In this document: one piece after another, positions 37,735 through 51,830 of the stretch
How positions within the stretch are numbered: the stretch's first letter is position 1
Layout: the number at the start of each line of letters is the position of its first letter
Assembly (NCBI GenBank): GCA_039621445.1
Contig: CP154954.1
Coordinates: 12,456,716 to 12,520,715, forward strand
Direction: 5' to 3'
DNA length: 64,000 bases
Source: Euglena gracilis
Taxonomy: Eukaryota
The notes under the pieces: model-generated
The model's input: only the letters and a program-made list of their open reading frames with translations
What the model was told of the DNA's origin: nothing
Database searches by the model: none
Translations under genes and position numbers: made by a program

Positions 37735-40700
37735 AGCGGCGCTGGCACAGCACGGAGGGGCTCAACGCGACGCGGGGCCCCGCCGCGGACTGCTACGCGC
37801 GGCTGGCGTGGCAAACCCTCCGCCTCCGGCGGTACTTCCCTAACGGCGGGCTGGACAAGTACCAATGCATTGACCCGTTGTGACTGGGCCTGGGATTTGT
37901 GATGATGACCATATTCTTTATGTACGTAGATATATACAATATGTATCTATATAGAATATGTGTATACATAGCATATGTATTATTTTATGTACATGTATAT
38001 GCAATATAATAATAAAATAATAACCTTATAGTATATATAATAATATAAGATAATATATGTATATGTATTATCATTATTATTATTATTATATTCCATATTC
38101 TATATTCTATTCTATAATATCTATATAGGTATTGGGTGCTTGAGGGCGGACGACTTCCCCGCCGCCGCAGCGGAGGAGCTGGCCCTGGGGCTGCCGGCGT
38201 GTGTGGCGCTGGCCAGCCCGTCCCCGTACCACCCGCAGTGGACCCCGCCCTTGACCTTCATGGACTTCGAGTCGCAGGACAACTCTCTGAGTGTGTGTCC
38301 TTTGTTTGGAAACCAGTAGCAGACTCATTGAATCGGAAGGTGTTGAAATGCACGCATTTTGCAACTGACAGTACCCCTAAATATAGGCCCGAAAGCAAGG
38401 TTTTCGAAGTTCTCCCGGAAAATGCCATTTTTATCACATTAAAACAAGGCAACATTCAAGACAAAGAATCGAAAAAAACGGCCATTTTGGAGCATTGCCA
38501 CAATCGTTGGGGGGGTGCCCCCCTCCTTGACTTGGGGGGGGGTCCGACCAACCACACCACCTCACCTCACCTCCTGCCTTTGGAGTTCGAATCAATCCTG
38601 GTGGTGTCTGCCCCCCCCCCCAAAGTAAAGTTTTTCCTTCTGGCTCTTGACGTCAAATTATTTTAGCTGAATTTATGCTTAAAAGGTGCCCAAAATGCAT
38701 GGCGGGGGGTCCGACCTACCCCCACCTGCTCTTTTCCCACTCTTGTTGAACCCTGTCCCACCACCCGGGGGGGGGGGTAGGATCAGGCCGACTGGGCATC
38801 ACGAAGCGCCGAAAAAGATTGGACCCAAGTTTGACCCACAAAAGGAGCCCGTTCCTCCGCGGGAGCACCCTGGGGGGTTGGTGGACGGGCATTAACCCTC
38901 CTGGTCTTTCAAGAAAGAAACTCTACCCAAAATTCCCAAAATTCTTCCTGAGGGAGAAATTTTCAGGTGCCAAAACAAATAACCCCCCCTAATAGAAGCA
39001 CAGGTGCGCTTATAGTGGACCGGCGCCTCCGGCAGCGGGGGGGGGGGTTCGGTCAGGGGGTGTCAGGGGGTCAGGTCAGTTGCATCAGAGTGCATACAAC
39101 CACTCCCCCCCTCGTCGGGGTTGTAGGAATTTGAGGACCAGTGGCATCAACCGTCGGCTGCACAGATTACAGCACGTTCTCCGCCGCCTCAACCTCCTTG
39201 GACGTCCTCAGCCTTGGGCAGCCCGTGACCACGCAGGAACGGTTTTCCCTGAAACGCCCCGATCATGCTGCTGCTCTCCGGGTCTCAGAATGGTTTTTGT
39301 CTCGGCCGTGGATGGTTTTTGTGTTTTGGGCTTTTGGGCCATACTGTGTGACCTCCGCACCCTCTCAAAGGGTTTCGATGTTGGATGGTGGGTTGCTGGA
39401 GCTGTGCTGAGCCTCTGGAGCTGCGCCAAGGGTTAGTCTGATTATATTGCTGGCCAGCTGAAACAATTTTGTTTTCTGTCAGCCTTTTTGTCAAGGAGCT
39501 TTGGTGCGTGGTTTCGTCAACGCCAATCGAGGTTCGTGAACCCCCTCCCGCAACCAGCCATTTCTGCCTGAGGGGTTCTGGATTGGAGACTGTTGTCTTG
39601 CAGTATTTCATCCTGCGATATGCTTTCTTTACAAAGAAAAATTAAACCGCAACGGAACTGCCAACACTCCTCTGACAGTTTCTTGGATTGATGAAAACAT
39701 TCTGCAGTTGTGAACGCCTGTGTGTACAATATCAACCATCCGGATGATTACTGCATGGGTTTTCATCTTCCTGTTTTCTTTTTCAAAAACCTGCAAAAAA
39801 TCGTTACGTTTCAAAGTGCGTATAATAATTTCGAAAAAAGCTGCAAAACCTATATGGGCTTTTCCCCCTTCGCAAACACATTCAGGCAACACGAGCCAGG
39901 GGAATTCTTCTTCGGGCAACATCCCGCCAATCAAAAAAAATTATCTGAAACGTCCCGCGTGGCCGGCAATTGCATGACGATGGCGACCACCAACTGGACC
40001 TGCGGACAGTCCAGCGGTCCCGTAGCTACTCTGACCAGGCTTTTTTTTTATTAAAGAAGCCACCACCCTGGGGGGGGGGCTGGGTGTAATGGACAGGCAG
40101 GGGGGTAGGGCACTTTCGACCCCCCCCCCCAGGGGGTCGGGCTTTGGGGTGGGTAATGCTGCAGCACACCGGTCATTTTCAAAGGAAATTGGCTGGGTCC
40201 GCAGGCACCGGGGTCCAGAACCGACCCCCGGGGGTGTGCCTGCTGTGGGCAGGCACCCCATACCGGGGGGGGGGGGATTTGGCCCTAGAGAAAATTTGCA
40301 CGGACAATTTTTGCGGAAGCAAATCCCGCGAAATATTTCCAGACATTTTTAAGGAATCCCGCGAAAATTTTGTCCATGTGTTCCCTTTCAAGTGCCCAAG
40401 GCTTCCCTTTTTTCTTCACAGAAAAAAGTCCCGCGAAATATTTCCGGACGTTTTTAAGGAATCCCGCGAAATTTGTCCGCGAAATTTGTCTGCGAAATTT
40501 GTCCGCGAAATTTGTCGCCGCAAAATTTCTCTGGCACGAAATCCCCCCCCTCCCCGGTAGCACAAGGCACACCTCCCCGGGGGGGGGGGGGGTTGTGTAA
40601 AAAGAAGTCAGACTCTGGCGCCACCGCCATCGCCGCCACCTCCTCTGCTGCCAAGTGGGCCGTGATGGGTGGCCAGCCTGGGTCTCAGCCACGACTGTCC

Positions 40701-43700
40701 TCGGTGGCCCCACCGCCTGCCGTTTTGTGGTCTGCTCTGCCCCGATGTGGCTATGCAGCGAAGTTGTTGGAAGTAACGGCGTTCAATATCGGCTGGCGGT
40801 CCGTGAGTCATTTCTTCATTTTTTTTGAATTTGATTTGCTCGTCACCATTTCGACAGTTATTATTTCCCCGCACTGATTTCAGGAGGCACTTTGCAGGGT
40901 TACCAATGACTTTCCAGGAACAGCCGTGGTGCCACATGGAGCCTCCAGAGGAGAAGGAGGTCCCCCAAATGGCAAGGCACATGCGCTCGATTCGGCCCCG
41001 GACTGCGCTGCACCCCACCTCTGTTGATGTCTCCCCGTTGACGTGCCCCCCAGGTTTGCTCGTGTGCCATAATTAATCGAAACCAAACCCAGGCTGCCCG
41101 CCGTGGTGGAAACAAAAGCCGGTAAAACGGAACTTGTCTCCGTGTGTTTTCTGTGTATTGAATGTGGTCTTTTGCACCTCTGACTGTGACGTTACCCAGC
41201 CGAGAAATACATGCTCCATTTCGAGCCGCATCAACACACTGCCCCTCGGTCCATTGAGAACCCCTGCACTGCCTCTCAGTTCTACCAGCCTGCCCCTTCC
41301 CCCTCAGGAACATACCAGTTCCTCCCCCCTACCCAGGCTTCTGCAACTCTTGAAACGCACCAGCTTCTGAGCTGGTGCGTTTCAGAATGAACTGTTCTTT
41401 TTCTTTAAAAGTAGAAAATTTCTCAACATCAAGGTTCTGAAGTCACCTTGAGGGTTTTGATATTCTTTCAGGCTTTCTGAGCGCATATCAAGTTCCCTGA
41501 GTTCCTGCACGCCGGGGAGGTGTAAGAGGAAATGAATATTCTTTGCAATTTTGCAAATTGTTGCTCTCCTCTCCCGGTGTGAGGTGCCCTTCGATAAGCC
41601 CAGGGGGATTTTTTATGGTGCAATTAAGGTTTGTGAAATATTTGGGCCGGTGGAATATTATTTGGGGAGGGGTATATTTTCGATTATTATATTTTTAATA
41701 AACATGAGCAATATCAGGTTTTGGGTGTTTGAATGCGCCTTAAAGAATTACAAGAACCTATCAATGGGGGTTCCGCAAAATGTATTCCAGCCCCAATTTT
41801 TGGTGGCCACCTTCTTCTGCAGTGGTCGGTGGCCGGTGACCGTCATTGATGTTTTAAGCCTTCTGACAGAATCCCACCCATATTGAGTCCTGTTCCATCT
41901 TAGTAAAGCACGGGCGACATGTGAGGTCACCCCTTAATTCTAATGCCCCCCCCCCCCCATGGACAGGTGTGACCCCCTCTCGACCTTAGTTGCCCACCCA
42001 GAGGTTCGTGTGCGCCGCCCCTCGGCTGGGTCTGGCAGCATTTGCCTGTCAACACCACTGAATTCTGCCCTGACACAAATCCCGAGGCTCTCACCAGTTC
42101 ATGGCTGAGCGGTTCAGCTGAAAAGTCAGAAGCCTGCCCCGAACGGCGTCGTCCCCGACGACCTAATCTGTGCAGACTGCCTCCAAATGGGGCAGTACTG
42201 CCCGAGCAGGGCTACCTCCTCCTTGTCAGTCAGTCAGTCAGTCAGTCAGTCAGTCAGTCAGTCAGTCAGTCAGTCAGTCAGTCAGTCAGTCAGTCAGTCA
42301 GTCAGACTGACTGACTGACTGACTGACTGACTGACTGACTGACTGGGTGCTGACTGATCTTCTCTGGGAGGGGGAGAGGGGACTCGGGGGACCCACCATT
42401 TTGGGGGTGATCATTTTCGGGGCCCAAATTAATTCAGCGCTTGCCAGAATGGAGAACAACCCCCACATTGGGGTATCCGGCCCGACCCCCCCCCCCCCCA
42501 GGGGTGAGGGACACCCACCCACCTCCCCCCAGGATCACCAATCAGGGGGGACACATTGTTTTAAGTCTTAAGTTTTTAGAAATGCTCAACAGTATCAGGG
42601 AGGGAGGAGTCAGGGACACTGGGGTTGGGTGCTGGCCCCAGCCCCCGGGTGCTCAACAGAACCCCCGGGTCCGCCGCCTTCCGCCCTTCCGGTCCCCCGC
42701 CTGCCCTTCCGGCCCAGCCCTGTGCCTGGGGGACGGCCTCCTCCACTCCTGCCTGAAGCCCCGCACCGCCCGCTGGCTGGCCACCCCGGCGCCGGCCGGC
42801 GGGTACACCGACGAGGGCCAGTGCGCGTTCTACTGCCCCGACGCCGGCCAATACCGGCTGGGCTCGAGCTGCCCGGGCCTGGGTTGTAGGTCGGGGTGTG
42901 CGCTTTTGGCTGCGGTGTTTTTCCTCCGTCTCTGGTTTCTTCTTGGCGTTTCTTTCACTTGATTACTTGATACTTGATTACTTTATATTTCATACCTATT
43001 AACTGAGGAGGACATTTGCATTACATTCAAATCTACATTTAGTGCATTTGAGTACCTAATAGCACCTCTGTCCCAGGGTGCACCTACTTGAGTTGGGGAG
43101 GCCCACAGGATGGAGGGGAGGCTCGGATCCAAGGGGTTGCGGGGGAAACCACTGGGAAGGTCCAAACCCCCAGTTCTCATCGTTGTTGGCGATTTCATCA
43201 GGTGTTCCGGCGCTGTACCGCAATGCCTGTTTTTTTCACAGCCAATCCCGGCATTCTCCGCGAGCACCCGCGGTCCCTGCCGCCTCTGTGTGGTTATTTG
43301 TGTGCGTGGGTGGCGCTCTGCCCCCCCACCGAAGCCCGCCGGGGCCTCACGCTGCCCAGCGGCTGGTACTCTCCTGACGGGGTCGTGGCGCTGCCCTGTG
43401 CCGTGCCTGCGGGCGTTGTTGTACCTCCGCTTGCGTCCCCACGTCCAGGGTGGTGGTGCTGCCTGGTGGCGATTTCTCCAAATTATTTATATAATATAAT
43501 ATGTATTTTCACAATATATGTTATATATTATAATATGTATCGTATATTATAAATCTTGTATATTACATATATTTTTTATGTAATATTCATATACAATGTT
43601 TTATATATAACGTATAAAGTATTTTTTTCTGTCACAAATATGCAGCCCATTTTCCCCTGCTTCAGCAAATCAAAATTGCTTGTTCTTGAGGCAAACAATT

Positions 43701-46700
43701 CGCTCCAGGGAAGCTCTTTGTAACCTTCCAACCAGAGGCCGAAAGGGCTTCACTGCCGGGGGGGGGGGGGCAACCACCATCCTTCTTCAAGCAGGCCTGA
43801 TTTTTCCAGCCACTGAGCTGGAACCCCCTTCAGTCGTTAAGCAACGCCCTGCATCCAACCCTCCACAGTGCACCACAATTGTAATAATAATGATAATAAT
43901 TGTGCAATTGCTGTATAATAATTGGAATACCAATTGTACAGTTGCTCCTCGAGTCTGCCATTGCCGTTGGAGTTTGCAGAACCGCCAACTCAAGCTGAGC
44001 GAGTGGCCACCCCCGGCTTCCCCGGCCAGGCCGTGTTTTTTTTCTTTTCACTGTGGCCCACCGCCGGGTCGTGCCACTGCGACCCTGCCCGCAGCGTTTT
44101 GTGGAATTCTCGGGGCTGGCCCAGGGCCGCACGCCGACCTCCTGCCCCCTCCACTCCGTGGCGTGGACGGCGTCCAGGCCGCTTCCCGACAACAGCTTTC
44201 GAAGCCTCCCGACCCCCCCCCCCGGTCGGCCCGGGCTGAGGTTGGAGGAGAGGTGGCACTTCCGGCAGGTGAGGACTGTCCAACTTAAGTGAGCGGGTCA
44301 CCAGGCTTGTGCTTAGTCGGTTGCCTACCCCACGGGGGGTGCTAGGGGCAGGCACCCGATCTGACCTCCCCCGGGGGGGGGGTAGGGTTTTGGGGGGTGC
44401 CTGCCATAGCAGGCACCCCCTCCGATCCTGGCGCCGGGGCCCGGAAAAGGCCATTTTCAATAAAAATTTTCTGGGTCCCTCTTAGTTGCACTAAGTCTTC
44501 TTGTCTGTTGTCCCCTCCGGACCCCTATCCCCCCTGGGGGTGCCTGCTAGGGCCAGGCACCCTATAGCACCCCCACCCCCCCGGTCGGTAAGCACAAGCA
44601 TGCGGGTCACTCCAAACCCGTTTAGCCCTCTCCAGGCTGTCAAGCCCGAGAAACGGTCTGGTCATCAGTTTTGGCCAATGTGTGAAAAGTTGTCATATAG
44701 GTGTCAATATTGATGTGGGCTTATATCTATTATATTACATGTATTATTATCATAAAAATACATTGTCTGCTGATTTAGGTCCCCAGCATGGCCGGCCTTC
44801 AAGTCACAGTTTCTTTTGGGGGATAGGTGTTCGTTCAGATGGCCAAAACGACACCGGGGCACAGTTGCATAATGCCGCGACGCCACAGGAGAGCGGCCTG
44901 GCTTTATGGCAGGCGGCGGCCGTCAACCCCCACCCGCTGCTGCTCTGCGGTGTGCAGCGCGTGACACAGCCCGGCTCGCCGGAGCATTCCGTAGATTTAT
45001 GCCAACCGACGGGGTGTCGATGTCGACGTCATTGTCATGAACTTCCCCACCTGCCTGCCACCAACGTGCCACAACCCCCGGCCATACCAGGCGATGCCCG
45101 AGACCTGATTGTGTCTGAGAACTGGACATTGGACATTGCCTGAGACCTGACTTGGCTGGGGTCGGTTACCAAAGAGGGCAGGGGTGCCGTAACCCCCCCC
45201 GAATAGTGCCCCCCCCCCCCCGCGAATAGAAGCCCCCCTCGGTTTTCAACCAGTTTTCCGAATAGTGCCCCCCCCCCCCCGAACGGAAGCCTCTCAGTTG
45301 GGACGGCAAGGCAGGGGTTGAAGGCTGCAGCCATTGCTGCTTTGAACCTCAACAGTCCTTTGGCTTCTTCAGCCATTGGTTCAATGAGCAGTATTGTGGA
45401 AGCATCCAAATCGTCCACAAGTGTAACATTTTGCAGCAGATTTGACATGGCTGGAAAAGGACATATGGACCCCCTGGTTTCAGAATAGTGCCCCCCCCCC
45501 CCGAACAGAAGCCCCCCCCGGTTTTCGACCAGTTTTCCAAATAGCAGCCCCCGGGGGCTTCTATTCGGGGGGGTTATGGGGCTGCGTCTCGGCCGGGAGC
45601 TTCACTCTCGCGATGTTCATCAAGGTGGATGGGGCCCTGTTGACCGCTGCCTTGTCCGCCGCCGGCAACGTGACAGACGGCGTGATATTGGACCTACTCC
45701 GGTGTGTGGCGCACAAATAGTCACAAATTAGTCACAAATAAAATCTTTCCCCACAACAGAAACACACACCCACACCCGTACCTGCACCCGCACTGGCCCT
45801 GGCGCGGTGTGGTACACAGCCTTCGTCGCCCGCTGGCAGTCCTACCTCCGCTCCTTGGTGGATCCATCCCTCTCGCTGGCGCCGGTCGCCTCACTGGACG
45901 CTGTGTCCGCCGCCCCCTGCCCGTCACCGCCTTCCCGAGAGAACCCGCCTCCCGCAGCCGCATCCTCCTCGCTCCCCGGGCATCCGCCAGTGCCGGCTCC
46001 GGTTCAGCAGCCCATGCCTGCCCCGGCGACCCCGCGGATCCCGCCTGCCCCATCCAGCTCCCCGACGCCAACCCCCCCGCCAGCACGGCCACGCCCCCCC
46101 CGGTCGTCCCTACACCACCCCAGCCGGGCACGGCGCCCCGCCCCTCCACCGATGGATCCCCGGCCCCTCAAACGGCAGTCCACCCTGACCGCCTGGATGC
46201 AGCCGCCCCGCGCCCGGTCGCCGCCCCACGGCTGGGCAACGGAGGGCCCTCCGACCTAGCCTCGGCGGGCGCGGGCGCGGGAATCACGGTGATGGCCATC
46301 AGCCACCGCCGTTGAGCCCATGCAGCGCCCGGTGATGGACGACTCCATCACCAACCGAACCCCCCCCCCCCGTACCTGCACCCGCACCCACACCCACACC
46401 CACACGCACCAACACACACATGCACACACCCTGCAACTGCAAATCTCTCCACAGACAGGGAAGGTCTGTTGTTGCCATAGATTCATTTAACACTGGTGAT
46501 GCCCTTCCCTGTGGAAACCTTAGGGGGGCGCTTTGAAAACAGCACATGGGTGGGTTTGGCCCAGGAAGAAGTGCCCCTTCCGTAGGGGTCACTATGCGAA
46601 TCTATGGTCGTTGGGAAATGAATAACTGCTGCGTAACAACACTCGCAGAAAAGGATTTCGCTGGATGTGAATTTGGATCACGCTGGATTCGGGTTTTTTT

Positions 46701-49700
46701 TGTTTGGAGAATGCTGCCGGCACTCTCCATCCCACAACCAAATCCTTTTGCGTCCCGGGAACCCTATCACCCTTCGGCCCCACCTGCTCACTCTCCACCC
46801 GCGCCCTGCGTCCAGGTTCCCCCCGGACTTCTGGAGCTGGTCCCTCCTCCATCGGCCGGCGTCGCAAATCCGGGGCAACAGCACCCCGTCCGTCGCGGTC
46901 GCCATGGTGCTCAACACGGTGAATGCTCAAACGGTGGTCAGTGCTCAAGGCGGCCCGGAAAACTCCTGCCTGTTGACTTTGAATTCTTTGCTCTCTCTTT
47001 GTTTGAGATTGGTACACAGATCTCATTCTTGTCCGTCCCCAATTGGCTGCAGGAATTATGTCTGCGGACCAATGGTCCAATGAGCAACGGGGAAAAAGGC
47101 GGACCAAGTTCAAGGTTTTTAAGTTTGCTTTTTGTGAATGTCTTTTTAAAAGGATAGCATTTAGCAGGTAATGTCTGTTCATCTGCCTATGGACCTCAAC
47201 AAAAGTCACCTGATTGGATGAAATTTCATTGTAGACCGTCTGAATGCCATCACTTATTTTGTGTCGCTCCTAGTCTCGTAGAATGTATTTACGTGAAATG
47301 TGCATATGAATGTATTGAATCAGATAGTTCGATGCCCCCTGGGGGTGGTATAAAGGTGTACACTTGATTGGCCACGGCACCCTGGGGGTGAGTGAGGCTA
47401 GGGTTAGGCCAGACCAAAACTCGGCCCTCATTCCCCCTGACTGCTCCCTCGCTGGGCCGGGCTGCCCAAAGACGTCAGATGGGCGGGAGAAAGAAAGGTG
47501 AAGGCCTGGCGGCAGTTATTAGACTGCGCCCGTCCGATAGAAGGAAAGGGAAGGAGAGAGGCCAATTGTAAGCCAGTTGTCATTTTGCCTTCATTAACCC
47601 CCAGAGTTCGGTGGCCAACCAAGTGTCCACTTGGATGCCCCCGGTGGGTGGCATCAAAAGGAACACCCACCATAATGTCACCTGTCGCAAATACCCCCTT
47701 ACTGATGTGGATCCTGACCCGCCTTGCCGTCGCCACTTTCGCCCTCCAACCGGATGTGTGGTATCGGGTCGGGGCTGTGGCGGACGCCGACTCGCATCTG
47801 CTGACATTTACTGCTGGCCAGAGGGTCGTCTCCCAACACTGGTGTGCATATATCGCTGTGCACTTGTGGTGTATTCTTGATCTTGTGAAACACCTAATGA
47901 CCTAACTTTTTTATATCTGGAATAATAAATGGAATAATAAATGAAAGAATAATGTCTGGAAATGTAATATTGTAAATGGAAATATATGGAAATATAATAG
48001 TTGGAAATATATTATTAGAAACGTGGACGTGCCTCCCTCCTCACAGTGGCACATTTCTGGGCGATGAAGTGGCTTTGTTTCTTTCTGCTTTTGGCGCAAT
48101 GCGTCATTCAAATACCCCTGTTTCAGTGGCACATCCCTTGAAGTTGCTGCCTTGTTGTAGTTTAATAAGGTTGACAATTGCACTGCACCTCTCCGAAAAA
48201 AAGCAAATATTTATGAAACATTCAACTTTCGTTGGTGTCCCCGGTTCATTTGAACCTTCACCGTGCATCAGCGACAGGCTTTGTTTTAACTCAGAAGGTC
48301 CCTCCCATCGGGCGAAAGGGAGGGGGGTGGGGGTGGGTGGGCGGGTGGGTCTGGGGCCGGACCCCACCCCCTCGTGGGGGTCCTGCGCCATACCGGGTAT
48401 TTTTCGGTGCGGAGCACAGATATTTTTGGGAAATGCCCTCAGACAGCCCAATTTTTGGGGGTCCCACCCGGGGGGGGGGGTCTTCGCCAGGCTGGGTCGG
48501 TGGGGGGACCCCAGAGGGTTATCAAAAGGAGCCTGATCAGCGAAGTTTCCCCTCCTCGACCCCTGACACAGGTGGGCCAGCTCGGCCAACGCCTCCGTTG
48601 CCAACGCGTCCTTGCCGGTGGCTTGCCTTGACGCTGCAGCCACTGCCAACCGCTCCCTTGTGCTGCTGGGGGCGGCTGGGACAGCACAGCCTCGGCGGTC
48701 ACCTCTCTCCCGCTGCCGGCACAGGTGGACGATGTGACCAGGCACCCAAATCATACAATCGGAGAGCGCAGGTTGCACAATTTTTTCATTTTTTTTCATT
48801 TCATTTTATTTTCAATTTATTATTTTATGTTATTTATTATTTTATTTTATGTAATTTTTAATTATCAACACATGTTATGAAACATTTTTTCTAGGTAATA
48901 ATTCCTAAGGACTGAGGAATGAAGATTGACCAAATTTTCACGCAATCTGTATCCAGGAAATGCAAAAAAAAAAACGAACACTTTGAGTGTCTGCAGGTGT
49001 GACCGCCAGGACCTGGGAAACCCCCGTGTGCTTCCGTTTTGTTTGTCGCAGCAGCAGCCATTGGGTCGGTGGCCTGCCGGCGATGGTTCTGCCCCACGCC
49101 ATCCCTTCCTTTCAGCTGATGGCGCCCCGGACGGTCCCCTGTGCAGGGCAGCCGGGACTGGGCTGTTGCACAGGGGACAACTTGCCATCGGGTTAGTGCG
49201 TCGCCGTGCCTTTTTCAGCAGTCCATGCTTTCCCTAAACCCTCAAGTTCTGGGACTCACGGCAGGCTTGCCGCCATACAAATCTGATTTTCTGATGAAAT
49301 AGTCAAGTTTACAGGTTAACTGCACCGTAATAATGCGCTGACGGTGCCCATCCAATGTTTTTTGTTACCGTTAACTCTATTTAATCCAATGCAATTTTCA
49401 ATAAATTGCACTAACAGAACTATTGTGTGGGAAGAAGGGATTGTGAATGTTGGCTGAAGGCTACGCACGACTGCAGGGCAGAGGACCACCAGGAGGATGG
49501 CAGGCAAGGGCTTAGTTTTGTTCCCATTTAGAGTGAGACGGACAAAAGTCAACCCCTGGCCATGGGACGCCACAGTGGCAGAGCTCTTCAATGCCCAGGC
49601 TTTTCCTCCCCCGCCAAGGATTTTGTGCACTTTTTTAAGTTCACTGTTTTTTTATTATTGATGACGTGTCTTCGATATGAAGTTGAAGTTTTTTTGTTTC

Positions 49701-51777
49701 TTTCAAATCTATTATTTTTTTTATATAATGACGAGATTCAGAATTCTGGGTGCCAAGATGTGAATGGAGCAAGTGCTTGTCGATGCCTCTTGCAACCTCC
49801 GCGCCGCCGGCCAACAGGCACCGCCGTACGCCTGCCTCGCCACACCGGCCGGCCCCTGCCCGCTGTCCATCCCCAGCGGCACGATGCTCGAGAGCGAGGC
49901 GGTAGTCCAAGTCACACCCAGCACAAACGGCAGCGTGGTATGCCCTTCCTCAGCGGGGGGGGGGGTGTGAATGAGTGTGTGAGAGAGAGAAATGAGTGAG
50001 TGAGTGTGTGTGTGTGTGTGTGCAAACGTTTGGATGTATTTGGGAGTGTTTTTATCACGAGGTTGTGCCATCGGCATGGCATTCAGTGGGTGTGTGGGGG
50101 AGGGTACGAGCACCCCTGAGGAGGGGGGTCTGGCCCAGGAGCCAATTTTTTTCCTCTGTCTTTTTTCTGTGTCGAAATGTGGTTTTTTAAAATGATGTTT
50201 GTGATTTTTCAAAAAAGATTGTTAACAGCGCAATTTCGATGCCTTTTGAATTTCAAAAAAAACATATCCCGGTGTTTTTATTCTCTTTCAGTCAGGGGTT
50301 TTCTTAAGCCGGAGGGTACCCTATCCCCCCGGGGGGGGGGTCCAGCCAGCCAGCAGCTCAAATCCAGCCAGCAGCCCAAATTCGGGATGGGAGCCCCCCC
50401 GGAGGGGGGGGTCGAGTGGAATAAAGTTGGGTCCAGCCCAGCCGGAGGCCGGGCCAGCCGGCCACAGGCTGGCCAGCCAATTTGTTTTTCGCCGACCCAG
50501 CCCAGCCCTATCCCCCGGGGGGGGGGGTCCAGCCAGCAGCTCGTTTCCAGCCAGCAGCCTTTTTGCCAGCCGGAGGCTGGACCCCCCCGGCGTCCTTAAG
50601 AAAACCCCTGCTTTCAGTCGGAGGGTTGGGCAGGGGAGGGGGATCCTCAATATCGCTTTGTTCCTTGGCATCTGTTTCCAAGCGATGTGTGCCCCACTGC
50701 CGCCGTCCCCAAAATAGACGTCTCGGGTGGAGCTTTGCATTCCTTTTTTTCGCTTTTTCTCACGGTCTTCTTCCTCCGTCTGGTTCTTCCGAATAAAAAA
50801 GTACACCCAGATAAACCCCAAGATATTTTCATCACCCCAATTTCCCCACACCTTCAAGATGGTTTGGCAGGAACTCCAAACGGAAGGACATTGAAAACAC
50901 CATCCTTATGATTGGTTCGCCGCCCTTAAACTGAGGACCAATCATAAGGATGGTGTTTTCAATGAGGTTTATGCTGCACACAACCAATGGAAATTTCCTG
51001 GAAGAGATATATGTGGCATTTTGGCATTTTGGCATTTCAGCACCAGTTCACAAAGGATGAAGGAAATCACAGGTGCCATGCACTACGAGAGCAGGGTTCG
51101 AACAATAGCCGGGAGTGTAGTGTCGGTCCACTACAGGAGCACCCGCTCTGGGAAATGGCAGTAGTTTCATGCGGGACACATTTGTTTTTCAATTCTGATT
51201 GATTGCCTCATTGACTGACTGAATGACTGACTGACTGATGGATTCGTGTGGTCTGGTCTGGCAGTACTCTGCATTCAACATTCATCTTGCATTCTCTTTT
51301 GTCCTCCGTCATACAATGCTGGCCGGCAGCTGTTATCATTGCCTTTCGTCAGGTCCAGTTGACTTGCAGCTGCATTGGCTACCTGCCCAGGGAGGTTTAT
51401 GAGCATCGCTTCCGATACATTTTGCTTTGCCGTTTGTGCGATGCTGCTGAGCTGCTTTCGTAAACCCGGCTATGTTTTCCAAGTCCTTCATGAGAGTGAA
51501 TCACCCAGTGCATGTTGGGCATCTCTTACCGGGACATTCGTGAGTACGATCCTAATTTCATCCTTGCGTGACCGGTGTGTGTGTTTTTTTTCTTCAAACG
51601 AGAAGCAAGCTGGGCCAACGAACCCCACTGTATTATCATTTCCTTTGAGTGCAGTGCCCTCCACCCCCCTTTTTCCCCCCCCCGAATTTCCCCCCCCCTT
51701 TGTCCCCCCCCTTTATGCCCGAAAAAAGCTGCGGTGGGCAATCAGGGAGGTTCAGTCGAGTCACCCAGTCAGCCAGC

Positions 51778-51830
<53 letters not shown>

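Noticed and set aside
45807-46259. Pro-rich GC block read as a separate gene
   Set aside because: Low complexity and open in several frames; no frame or splice sites could be assigned. It may be an exon or a repeat.
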